Source: a virus (lineage: Duplodnaviria; Caudoviricetes). Taken from it: 64,000 nucleotides of DNA. The notes under the pieces are model-generated. The model saw only the letters and a program-made list of their open reading frames with translations. It was not told the origin of the DNA and did not search any database. Position numbers and translations under genes: made by a program. This document shows positions 1 through 9,316 of this stretch, piece by piece (positions within the stretch are counted from its first letter, which is position 1; each line of letters opens with the position of its first letter). The DNA lies in the IMG/VR virus record IMGVR_UViG_3300010352_001202, one strand, 5' to 3'.

Positions 1-46
1 CTTTAACCAATATGCTCTTAGTCAGTGAGCAGTAAAAAGGAAAATC

Positions 47-946
47 ATGATGTATAAAAACCAGCTGGCCGTAGCTATCAAACACAACGGCAAAATCCTC
101 CGTGAAACAGCAGACCTTGTTCATCTACCATTCGGTAGTGAATTCAGTGTTCTTGTAAAGAACCTAAATAGCCGTCGCGTAAAGTTTACACTTCATATTG
201 ATGGTACAGATGTTCTAGACGGGACAGAGATTATTGTCAATGCCAATTCCGAAGTAGAAATGAAGAGATTCATCCGCAACGGAAATATGGATGAAGGCAA
301 TGCATTCAAGTTTATCGAGCGCACAGCAGCAATCGAAGATGGTCCGCGTGGTATCAAGGTTGATGATGGTATTGTTCGTGTTGAATTTTGGTTCGAACAA
401 GAAGTCCCTGTAGTAACTACAACCATTCATCATCATAAGGATGTTTGGTGGAATGATTATTACCGTAGAACATACACCACTGATTACTATGGCGGTCCAT
501 ATTATGGAATGACATCCGGCTCATTAGGCGATGTAAAACTTGGAAATAGTGAAGCCGGTGGCGGCTCATATTCATCCGCAGCATCTGCATCTGTTGCTAA
601 GGGTGCAGTTCGCAGCATGGTAAACAGTGTAGGTGGTGCAACTGCAACATCTTTCAATGCCATTCCGCAAAACGCATCAGTTCCTGTGTCGGATGTTGCT
701 AAAAGCGAAGCAGGTATTACTGTACCGGGTTCGAAAGTAGAGCAGAAGTTTACAACAGTATACGGATTCAACGCAGAGACCCAATCCCATGTAATCATCT
801 TGAGAATGGCTGGTCGTTCTGGAGAGGTAGAAGTTGCTGCTCCAGTAACTGTAAAATCCAAGCAAAAGTGCAGCACCTGTGGCAAGGTAAACAAAGCTAC
901 AGCGAAATTTTGCTCGGACTGCGGAACGGCACTCGAATTACTTTGA
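47..946 (+). CDS. Hypothetical protein with C-terminal zinc ribbon
   Basis: 299 aa; AAGGA SD; C-terminal CxxC...CxxC (CSTCG...CSDCG). Confidence 0.7.
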   Translation: MMYKNQLAVAIKHNGKILRETADLVHLPFGSEFSVLVKNLNSRRVKFTLHIDGTDVLDGTEIIVNANSEVEMKRFIRNGNMDEGNAFKFIERTAAIEDGPRGIKVDDGIVRVEFWFEQEVPVVTTTIHHHKDVWWNDYYRRTYTTDYYGGPYYGMTSGSLGDVKLGNSEAGGGSYSSAASASVAKGAVRSMVNSVGGATATSFNAIPQNASVPVSDVAKSEAGITVPGSKVEQKFTTVYGFNAETQSHVIILRMAGRSGEVEVAAPVTVKSKQKCSTCGKVNKATAKFCSDCGTALELL

Positions 947-1597
947 TTTACACTTATCGCCGTGATATCTTACCATATTGGTAGGAGAAAATAAACAGCC
1001 ACAATAAGGGCATTCTGATTTAGGTTTCAGAATGCCCTTTCTTTGTTCCGATAACTTTTTCTTAGTATCTTCGGACATTATTCGACCTTTTCCTGCCTCA
1101 GAGATTTTACGCCTATGCTCCTCTGAGTGCTTCATACCGGTATTTCCCGGACTATTAATTCCATTCTTATTACCGATCTTTTTAGCACTCATTTGTGCCT
1201 TAGTTTCGTCTGTATGTTTTCGTCCGGTGCTTGAAATTCTTATTTGTTCTATACGCTCCGGGGATAATTTTTTACCTTTATTATTGGGTGGTTTACCCTT
1301 AAGTGATTTACTTTTCTCCTCGCTATATTTTCTTCTAAGCCATCCGTACACTTTATTACCTTTTCTTGTGGCACCCATCATATGCGCTGCGAATACAAGG
1401 CCCGGTACACCGGGATACATTTTAATAAGGAGTTGATGAGCAACATAATGTTCTTCTGGAGTAAGATTCACTAAATTGGCAGGATCGTCTGTACCGTTTA
1501 GGCATCGCGGAACTATATGATGCTTTTCTGCATAGCATTCAAGAACTCGAAGCCTTGCTCTATTGATTAAGTTATTGTAATGTAGATGATAGTTCAT
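938..1597 (-). mobile_element. HNH homing endonuclease with NUMOD3 repeats
   Basis: EKHHIVPRCLNGTDDPANLVNLTPEEHYVAH; GRKHTDETK and GMKHSEEHR repeats. Confidence 0.9.
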
Positions 1598-1647
1598 GTT
1601 GTATTTACCAATTGTGGTACTTAGTTAGAGGAAATTTATGTGCCTAA

Positions 1648-1851
1648 TTATCAAATCTAATTCTCTCGACCATCTTTATTCAGCCAAAGGCGCCGGCCGA
1701 TTATCTTCCGCGTGATGAACGCATTGTTAATGAAACCGAACTTTTGTTTGGTGCTCCGTTACACGATGAAGAAGATAAACGCAGCGGTACATGGTATACC
1801 ATTCGTTATGCGCGTCGTCGCCACAAAGAATATAAACTTCTAAAGAGATGA
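1648..1851 (+). pseudogene. 5'-truncated SLOG/DprA-like gene remnant
   Basis: Frame reads DYLPRDERIVNETELLFGAP...RSGTWYTIRYARR*; in-frame TAA at 1645 and no upstream start. Confidence 0.55.
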
Positions 1852-2081
1852 CTAAATATCGCATTATTGTCAATTCCTCTACAGTCTATCCTTTTAGGGT
1901 ACAGAAGAAGGATCCTGGTTGGTTTTCTTTTTGGACAGAAATTGCCATGGAAGACACACAGGAACAGGCCGAGTTTAGATTGAAAGAATACATAAGGGCT
2001 AAAATTCCTCCCGTCGGGACAATTGTGAAAACATATGATGAACAGGATCTTTTAGCCGACATTTTAAAGGGTAACATGTGA
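1848..2081 (+). CDS. Hypothetical protein
   Basis: 77 aa ORF coupled to neighbours by ATGA/GTGA overlaps. Confidence 0.6.
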   Translation: MTKYRIIVNSSTVYPFRVQKKDPGWFSFWTEIAMEDTQEQAEFRLKEYIRAKIPPVGTIVKTYDEQDLLADILKGNM

Positions 2082-2269
2082 ACGAATCCTGGGAAGTAAT
2101 TATCGAGGAAGATGAGCACGGTGAGCTTATTCTTCCTTTTCCGCCTGAACTAATTAAGAAATATAATTGGTTAGAAGGCGATGATATTGAATTTGAAATC
2201 AAAGAAGGCTTTGTTGTTATTACGAATACAACTGCCAAAATGCGGGAACAGGAAAGCGGCTTAGGCTAA
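2078..2269 (+). CDS. AbrB/MazE/SpoVT-like DNA-binding protein
   Basis: GELILPFPPELIKKYNWLEGDDIEFEI swapped-hairpin signature. Confidence 0.7.
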   Translation: MNESWEVIIEEDEHGELILPFPPELIKKYNWLEGDDIEFEIKEGFVVITNTTAKMREQESGLG

Positions 2270-2276
2270 ATAATGG

Positions 2277-3659
2277 ATGGCCAATCTAATCCTGTGGAAT
2301 TGTCTTAACGACAAGCGTTTTCCTGTAAGAACATTATCCTGTTACCAATTAGCATCCTGGTTGCGTCAGCACGGCTATACAGTTAAGGTCATTGACTTCT
2401 GTCATTTAATGTCAACTGATGACCTTGTTGCTATCACAGAAAAACATATAGGTACTGATACACTTGCAATAGGAGTGAGCTCTACATTTTGGAGCGATGT
2501 CTTCAAGTGGAACACCGGCGAGCCCGAATGGATATTATCTGCCCGTGCAAGATTAGAGAATAAGAATCTATATTGGCTTGTCGGTGGCTCGCAAGCACAG
2601 TCCGAAAACTTTAAGAATGTGTGGGTTAGATTTTCTGGAAATGCAGAAGACGAACTTCTTAAATGGATGGACAATAATAGTTCTAAACTAAGATTTAGAA
2701 ATCTGTTTGATATAAAATCAGCAACTACGATATTTTCGGCAGACGATTATATTAGACCATCGGAAGTGCTACCTATAGAAATGGGTCGTGGTTGCCAGTT
2801 CAAATGTAGGTTTTGTAGTTATCCCTTAGTAGGTAAAAAGAAGGGAACATACATGAAGGACTTTAGTCTAATAAGAGAAGAGTTTATTAGAAACTATAAT
2901 GAATTCGGAACTACAAAATATTATGTGCTTGATGACACAGCCAATGAAAGTGAAGAAAAAGTAAATGCGTTGGCAGATATTGTCCAGTCTCTTCCCTTTG
3001 AATTATCGTGGACAGGATACAATAGATTAGATCTAATTTGGAGTCGACCCAACACAATACAAACTCTAAAGGATAGCGGGCTGAAGTCCTCATTCTTTGG
3101 TATTGAAAGTTTTCATCCCGAAGCAAGTATGGCCATTGGCAAGGGTTGGAACGGAAAGCATGGTAAAGAGTTCTTGTTAGAACTAAAAGATAAGTGGAAA
3201 ACAGATGTTACTTGGGGTCTATCTTTCATAGTGGGATTACCTGGCGAACTTGCCGAGCACATCGAAGAAACAGATGATTGGTGTGCAAAGAACGGTATGT
3301 ATCATTGGAATTTTTATCCACTGTCCATAAACAAGTTTTCTGGTAAGGTCTGGAAAAGCGAATTTGAATTAGAGCACGAAAAATACGGTTATACCTTCCC
3401 CGGGGAGCAAAATGTCAGTTGGGTAAGCGATAACTGGACATTCGGAAAAGCCGTATTGTACACGCAGGAATTGAATAAACGGCACTACGATAAAGCACAT
3501 TTAGTTTCGTGGCCTCTATTTGAATTATCTTCACTTGGCTACAGCATAAATGAGTTAATGGATAAGAAACTTGTGCAACACCCGTGGAAGCGTTATACAG
3601 CAGAGACAAGTAATTTTATCAACGAGTACACACAACATCAGCTGGCGCAGGTTGTGTAA
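2277..3659 (+). CDS. Radical SAM protein with N-terminal B12-binding-like domain
   Basis: GRGCQFKCRFC (CxxxCxxC), FGIES, FIVGLPGE; N-terminal LASWLRQHGYTVKVIDF. Confidence 0.85.
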   Translation: MANLILWNCLNDKRFPVRTLSCYQLASWLRQHGYTVKVIDFCHLMSTDDLVAITEKHIGTDTLAIGVSSTFWSDVFKWNTGEPEWILSARARLENKNLYWLVGGSQAQSENFKNVWVRFSGNAEDELLKWMDNNSSKLRFRNLFDIKSATTIFSADDYIRPSEVLPIEMGRGCQFKCRFCSYPLVGKKKGTYMKDFSLIREEFIRNYNEFGTTKYYVLDDTANESEEKVNALADIVQSLPFELSWTGYNRLDLIWSRPNTIQTLKDSGLKSSFFGIESFHPEASMAIGKGWNGKHGKEFLLELKDKWKTDVTWGLSFIVGLPGELAEHIEETDDWCAKNGMYHWNFYPLSINKFSGKVWKSEFELEHEKYGYTFPGEQNVSWVSDNWTFGKAVLYTQELNKRHYDKAHLVSWPLFELSSLGYSINELMDKKLVQHPWKRYTAETSNFINEYTQHQLAQVV

Positions 3660-3875
3660 CATAAAATAATAAGTTATAATGCGAACATGAGAAATAACAA
3701 GACAACAGCGACCGCTCCGCTTCGTACGAGCGAAACAGTGGATGTGCTTACCCAACAGATTTTGGGTCTAATCAAACGCGAAGGTTCTGGACAGTTCGAA
3801 TCTATTGATCAAACAAAGGTTGTTCCAGAAAAGAAAGTAAGAAAGTCGAAAAAGACTAAATAAGACATTGCCCAA

Positions 3876-4352
3876 GTGATATTGATTGAAGATTATTTAT
3901 TGTTATCGAAAGATGAGAGACAAAAGCATCTTCGATTAGATGATCCATGCATTGAGCGCGGCGGTCCGAGTAAGGGTGGTTTATCTTCTTACTGTAAAGG
4001 ATTAATGGCACATCAGCTTGACACCACGATACCGGTTGGGCATAAAATACATGTTTGCCATGCATGCAATAATGAAAAATGCAGTAATCCAAATCATTTG
4101 TATTGGGGAACTGCAAAAGAGAATAGATTAGACCAGATAGCAAATGGAACAGATAAGTCTATATGGCAACGCACAGTTGATAAATATGGCTTAGAGACAG
4201 CAAGAAGATTAAATTCACACAGAAGTATCGGTAATAATAATGCCGGTAAAAATAAGATTGCCCCTTTGGCGGAATTGGTAGACGCACTGGATTTAGGTTC
4301 CAGCACCGAAAGGCGTGGGAGTTCGAGTCTCCCAGGGGGCACCATAGTTTAG
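3876..4352 (+). mobile_element. HNH (His-Me) homing endonuclease reading through tRNA-Leu
   Basis: HVCHACNNEKCSNPNHLYWGTAKEN motif. Confidence 0.85.
4260..4344 (+). tRNA. tRNA-Leu(TAG)
   Basis: GCCCCTT/AGGGGGC; loop TTTAGGT; long variable arm; TTCGAGT; ACCA. Confidence 0.95.
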
Positions 4353-4843
4353 TTAGCCCACCTTGGGCACCAAATAAAATGAAAGATTTTTTCCTCTCTA
4401 TTCCAATGTACATTTTAGGTGCCATATCTGATTGGTATGGCAAGAATTATATTGGTGAACAATTTGAGGAAGACGATTTTGATATATTGAAGCCATTTGA
4501 CATTGATGAATGGCATGCACAGCATACGACAGAAGAGGATAAAAAGGTTTAGAGTGACCGGTACGGCCCGGCCGATACCAAGAACGTTTCGTAGTGTCGT
4601 TGACCCAAAACAATTTCAGGTATCGCCTGAGGTCGACATTACGAAGTGCCCAGATATGATACCTGTTCCCTGTACTAAAAAGGTATTAGTTTGGATTGGG
4701 GGAATAATTGGCCCTCGCGTTGTGAGTTATCTTCTGCGTACATCAGGAGACTCTAAGTTACTTACAGCATTGTCAATTTGGTGAAAAAGCGGTTTTAGTT
4801 ACTCTAATTTAATAATTTTTGACCTCGCAGTTACGAGTCTTAA

Positions 4844-4897
4844 AGAATGCGTTCAGCAATTAAAAATCAAACTTGTAATTTGAAAATAAGCATTCTG
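4844..4897 (+). ncRNA. CAGCAA-module RNA A (anticodon stem-loop cargo)
   Basis: AGAATGC/GCATTCT-G helix; GTTCAGCAA; TCAAA-CTTGTAA-TTTGA. Confidence 0.7.
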
Positions 4898-4909
4898 ATA
4901 TAAATATTT

Positions 4910-5038
4910 TGTTGTAGTTTTATCTGGCAGTAGCAATGGTCACTACTGGTAACGGTATATCGGGATAGGTGAAAGTCCTATAAGCGTAATCGATGCGCCC
5001 ACACAGCCCGGGGATATCGATAAACTGCAACACTTTTT
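4910..5038 (+). ncRNA. Unknown ~125-nt structured RNA
   Basis: TATAAATA at 4899-4906; terminal helix TGTTGTAGTTT/AAACTGCAACA; internal hairpins; 3' U-tract. Confidence 0.6.
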
Positions 5039-5049
5039 GAAAGCAAATT

Positions 5050-5325
5050 ATGTCCTGGCCATACGAACACGAACCTAAGGTTAGATGCATTGGTTTTCCC
5101 GAAACTTATCTACAGGCAATAATGAATGCAGTAGATAATCAGATGGTAGTTTGGGGTAAAAACGATTTATTCATGAGTATGGGAACTGCACAATTTGATT
5201 GGGCAGGTTGTACCTGGGAAATGACAGAGATGCAGGAATGTGTTACTGCAATTCAATTGGTAAAAGGTAAACCGATTGCAGAAGATTTGACAGCAGCAAT
5301 GCTAAAAGGTAAAATAGAGGCATAG
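5050..5325 (+). CDS. Hypothetical protein
   Basis: 91 aa ORF. Confidence 0.6.
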   Translation: MSWPYEHEPKVRCIGFPETYLQAIMNAVDNQMVVWGKNDLFMSMGTAQFDWAGCTWEMTEMQECVTAIQLVKGKPIAEDLTAAMLKGKIEA

Positions 5326-5335
5326 TAAGTATTTA

Positions 5336-5410
5336 GGGCGTTTAGCTCAGGGGTAGAGCGTTGCGTTTACACCGCAAATGTCCGGGGTTCGAAACCCTGA
5401 ACGCCCACCA
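5336..5410 (+). tRNA. tRNA-Val(TAC)
   Basis: GGGCGTT/AACGCCC; loop TTTACAC; ACCA. Confidence 0.95.
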
Positions 5411-5897
5411 GAAAACTTGGCGCGTTTCACAAGACCCGTTTGGGCTGTGTGACGGATAACAGTAAGGGAGTGCAAACCCTGAGCCAGTCCAGTTCGCATC
5501 AAGTCCGCAGATGTAAAATCCGGTCCGAGGATTGTTGTTCAACTCGTAATAAGAAACAACAAGGCGGGAGTCTTTGACATCACAGCGGTTTTACTATTCC
5601 GGAGTTAAAATTTAGTACGCGAGTTGAAGCGTTAGTGAGGTACGTCGAAAACACCAAGCGAAACACAAATTCCACACACTGGCATATTGTGTAAGATATG
5701 CCCCCGAGCTGCGTAGGGTTACGACGCAGTGGGTTCTTGTTGTGTTATCCCTAAAATACGGCGGCAGTATTCGGTTCTCTGCCTAACCCACCCGATCTGT
5801 TTGGAATACATTTACAGCCTAAATGTCAGTGAGTAGGAACACTTTCTATCCATGGATAGTAAAACATACCGGGGGCCGAACCGTTAGGGAGGGATAA
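5411..5897 (+). ncRNA. Large structured ncRNA candidate 1 (~490 nt)
   Basis: No credible + strand ORF; many local and long-range helices. Confidence 0.55.
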
Positions 5898-5936
5898 TTG
5901 GAAAATTCCCGAACAAGCTATAATTTAGGAACAGAA

Positions 5937-6188
5937 ATGAAATTTATCGGTAATGTGCTAGACAAGATAGCGAATGCTGTATGTGACTTCTTTGGAGTTG
6001 CAGACAAGGATTCGGGTGTTGTATTAGGGACATTTGTTATTTTTGTTGTTTTCATCTCTGTAGTTAGTGGTGTAGGATTGCTGTCGGCCTGGTTGTTGGG
6101 TATTCCGTGGTGGAGTACATGGGCAATAGCATTCTTGTATTACATGATTCTAGTCGTGAAAGCGAACAACGATATAAATAGTAGATAG
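5937..6188 (+). CDS. Small membrane protein
   Basis: Two hydrophobic segments; AGGA SD before ATG 5937. Confidence 0.65.
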   Translation: MKFIGNVLDKIANAVCDFFGVADKDSGVVLGTFVIFVVFISVVSGVGLLSAWLLGIPWWSTWAIAFLYYMILVVKANNDINSR

Positions 6189-6195
6189 AAGATTT

Positions 6196-6271
6196 CAGGG
6201 TTTAGTGTAGCCTGGTAACACGATTGCTTTGGGAGCAATTATCGAGAGTTCGAATCCCTCATCCCTGACCA
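6196..6271 (+). tRNA. tRNA-Pro(TGG)
   Basis: C1-G72; loop TTTGGGA; TTCGAAT; ACCA. Confidence 0.9.
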
Positions 6272-6373
6272 TAACATGATAAAATATAAATGCCAATGCG
6301 GCAAAGAAAACTGGGCAGATCAGAAGGTTTGCCCTATCTGTGGAAGAATTGTAAAGCCTCCACATAAACAGTC

Positions 6374-6862
6374 TTGAGGATGGTACACTAAACGTGCCTC
6401 AATACTCTGCCTGAGGATAATAGGCGGTGCACACCGGCCTTAGCGCGCGTGAACTGTTACATGTCATGAAATACATGTCAAGTCTCGCATTAGACTTGTA
6501 GGTTATGATAAAGATCCCATTTCGGCGCGCACGGTTTGGGTCATGCTTTGGGGGCATGTAAAAGTGACATAACTAAACTGGGTTTACCACCTATAGCACA
6601 TTTTCTAGGTAACGGGCAGCGAAGAAAGTGATATGCCGGTGGTATATGTAGTCCCTCAGTGATAAGGAGGCAAACTGCTGATATTCCTGTCTTACTATAT
6701 CACCTCCCGGATGTTGGGAAAATGCGCAAAGAACTATGGCATAGGAGAAAACCCATAGGGCGTGCGGCAAGGTTTGGCTAAGTATCTTGATATTGATTTA
6801 TCTTGTTGAAAACCGTTTGAGCCGTGCAGGTAACTTTATGACCGGTTAGCAAAACATCCACC
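6374..6862 (+). ncRNA. Large structured ncRNA candidate 2 (~490 nt)
   Basis: No ORF of 60 aa or more on either strand; nested helices. Confidence 0.55.
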
Positions 6863-6870
6863 TAATTTTT

Positions 6871-7578
6871 ATGAAAATCCACACTAAGAAATTTGTAGGC
6901 ACACCGTTTATTGTTACGGCCGAAAATATCCCAAATGAGCCAGGTGCGTGGGATTCGGCTAAAATCGCCATTTGGCGGGATGAAGTTTTGATCGGTGAAT
7001 ATATTCGTAACTATGCCAGTTACGCCATAATGACATTTTATCCGTTTCAAGTCGGTAATGAATGGTATGCACTCTACAGTGCTGATTATACCACTACTCG
7101 TGTAATGAAACTTCACGAAGATAGGATCGAAGATTGGTGTGGCGAACATCCTGCAATGGGAGGGTTTTGCCCTGTTGAATATTATATTCCGCGCTATAAT
7201 AAATCCATTGACTCGTATAGCGTAAATGAAGAAAAACATGAGTTTGATGTATATCAGATGGACAACGATTATACGAGCATGGAAGCGTTTGTTGCCGATT
7301 GGGATAAGCCTAAATTTGTAGAAACACAGTTCTGTAATTTTGCTTTTGTATGCGGCTGTATCTGGGGCGATGACTCAACCTGGAAATTACGGTATATCGA
7401 GCTTGCAGGCATTCCTGAAAAAGAATTACTTATTACAGAAAAATTTGGTTACTGGGAATTACCCACTCAAATGACACTAAGACAGTGCATTAATATGTCT
7501 AATTGGGAACCCGACCATAATTGGGTTGAACTTACTAGAATGGAGCATTTTAATCTCAAAACCGGCGAACGGTGCTGA
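6871..7578 (+). CDS. Hypothetical protein
   Basis: 235 aa ORF. Confidence 0.7.
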   Translation: MKIHTKKFVGTPFIVTAENIPNEPGAWDSAKIAIWRDEVLIGEYIRNYASYAIMTFYPFQVGNEWYALYSADYTTTRVMKLHEDRIEDWCGEHPAMGGFCPVEYYIPRYNKSIDSYSVNEEKHEFDVYQMDNDYTSMEAFVADWDKPKFVETQFCNFAFVCGCIWGDDSTWKLRYIELAGIPEKELLITEKFGYWELPTQMTLRQCINMSNWEPDHNWVELTRMEHFNLKTGERC

Positions 7579-7588
7579 TAAATAAAGT

Positions 7589-8527
7589 ATGGACTTATCG
7601 ACAATAGCAAAAGATACAAAAATAATACTTACAAGCGGTTGTTCGTATTCTGTTATGTTTGCGCATTTGAATGCACACTTTAAGAATGTTCAGCTTATTA
7701 ACCTTGGTGAAGGCGGCAGATCTAATAAATGGATAGCACAAAGCCTTATTTACGCCCTGGAGCAACTCAAAGATCATCCAAGAGAAAATTTATTTGTAAT
7801 GCCTATGTTTACTAGTGTTGATAGGCAAGATTTGTTTGTAGACAAGCATTCTAATAAATTTCATAAAAAATTAGATTTTTTGGATTTTGCTGATCCTGTA
7901 TTTTTTACAGAAGGATTTAGTTACAGACAATATAAATGGTATAATCATATTATCGAGGGTGACAGCAGGTACGACCCCGACAGAATGACTGGATTATTGA
8001 GCATGACAAATCTCGATAAAAACTCAGAATCTGAATATGTGTTTGAAGAATTTGCCGGAAAATACTATACATATTTTCATAATAATTTTGCAGCATTTGA
8101 TTATACATTACAGAATATAATTGCACTTCAGAATTATTGTAAGTTATCGAACACAAATTACTTGATGTTGTCCTGGCAAGATATTTTTCATGACACTTCG
8201 TTTGATAAGTTTTTCATAGTAGGGCAGACATACGACGGTAATCAGTTTAACCACTGCGATTATTCTACTCTAATGAAGCGAATCGATTGTTATCCTGAGT
8301 TAAGGTATTTGTATAACCAGATTGACTTTTCAAATTGGTGGTTTAATGATACAGAGAGATGCAGCACTGGTGGCCTGGCAGACTGGTGTATAGAAAACGG
8401 GCCGGGATTATTCGGGTCAGAAAAAGATAACTGTCATCCGACCAAACCGGGTTATAAAGAATTTGCAAGGAAAGTTCTTGCACCACTTGTGACACAAAAA
8501 ACTGGTTGGTCGACTATACAGAGATAA
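7589..8527 (+). CDS. SGNH/GDSL-like hypothetical protein
   Basis: SGCSYS, INLGEGGRSN, terminal DNCHPT. Confidence 0.65.
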   Translation: MDLSTIAKDTKIILTSGCSYSVMFAHLNAHFKNVQLINLGEGGRSNKWIAQSLIYALEQLKDHPRENLFVMPMFTSVDRQDLFVDKHSNKFHKKLDFLDFADPVFFTEGFSYRQYKWYNHIIEGDSRYDPDRMTGLLSMTNLDKNSESEYVFEEFAGKYYTYFHNNFAAFDYTLQNIIALQNYCKLSNTNYLMLSWQDIFHDTSFDKFFIVGQTYDGNQFNHCDYSTLMKRIDCYPELRYLYNQIDFSNWWFNDTERCSTGGLADWCIENGPGLFGSEKDNCHPTKPGYKEFARKVLAPLVTQKTGWSTIQR

Positions 8528-8550
8528 ATAAGTACACTGTTATAAACAAC

Positions 8551-8573
8551 GGGGGTGTAGCTCAATAAGAGCA
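8551..8573 (+). pseudogene. 5' remnant of an ancestral tRNA-Ala
   Basis: GGGGGTG-TA-GCTC-AATAA-GAGC-A: acceptor strand plus D arm only. Confidence 0.7.
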
Positions 8574-8596
8574 CAGAGTAATTGCATAAATATGTG

Positions 8597-9046
8597 ATGA
8601 ATAATGGCAAGTATAACACCGAGAATTATAAAAGAAAACAATCTGAAAAGTTAGATAGATTGTATGGTCCGGTTTTGCAACATAAGAAGATTTGTAAATG
8701 TTGTGGATCAGAATTTATCTTTGAAGGAAGACTAGATACAAAAGCCTACGAAAAGGCACAATTTTGTAAAAGAAGTTGTGCTAATAATAGGCAGGAATGG
8801 TGGGATGATAATGCAACACATTATCGAACTATTGCTTTTAGGCATTGGGACGAAAAATGTGCATTGTGCGGATTTGATAAGGTAGTAGCGGTACATCACA
8901 TTGATGAGAGTAAAGAAAATAATTCTTATCGAAACCTAATACCTTTATGCCCAAACCATCATGAAATGTTACATAGTAAGTGGAGACATGAAGTACAACC
9001 GCTTATAGATAGAGCGATAATTGAAAAATTTGGGCCTGTAGTATAA
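8597..9046 (+). mobile_element. HNH endonuclease
   Basis: CALCG...VHHIDE...NLIPLCPNHHEMLH; N-terminal Zn motif. Confidence 0.9.
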
Positions 9047-9105
9047 TGGGATTACGGTAGCTTTGCAAGCTATTTATAGGAGTTCGATTCTCCTCAGGTC
9101 CACCA
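9032..9105 (+). tRNA. tRNA-Ala(TGC)
   Basis: G3-U70; loop TTTGCAA; ACCA. Confidence 0.93.
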
Positions 9106-9116
9106 AAACACATAAC

Positions 9117-9308
9117 ATGATTAGAAAACTAAATGAACTTAGTGGCGACCAATGGTCCTTTATTTGGTCCGTTACTGGTGGAAATGAAGGATGTGATCAT
9201 GCGTATGAAGAATTTAACGCAGTAGAAGAAGACGATTATACCGCAGTCTATAATTGTGTACATTGTAACGCCAAGTTGGATTATGATGTAAGTGATATAA
9301 GTGATTAA
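9117..9308 (+). CDS. Small hypothetical protein
   Basis: CDH...CVHC; start placed after the tRNA. Confidence 0.55.
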   Translation: MIRKLNELSGDQWSFIWSVTGGNEGCDHAYEEFNAVEEDDYTAVYNCVHCNAKLDYDVSDISD

Positions 9309-9316
9309 GGACACGC

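Noticed and set aside
4497-4784. 95-aa + strand ORF
   Set aside because: TTG start, no SD and no recognisable motif, so it cannot be supported as a gene.
6374-6862. tmRNA (GGATG...CATCCACC ends)
   Set aside because: No T arm before the 3' end, no G3-U70 acceptor stem and no tag-peptide ORF recognised.
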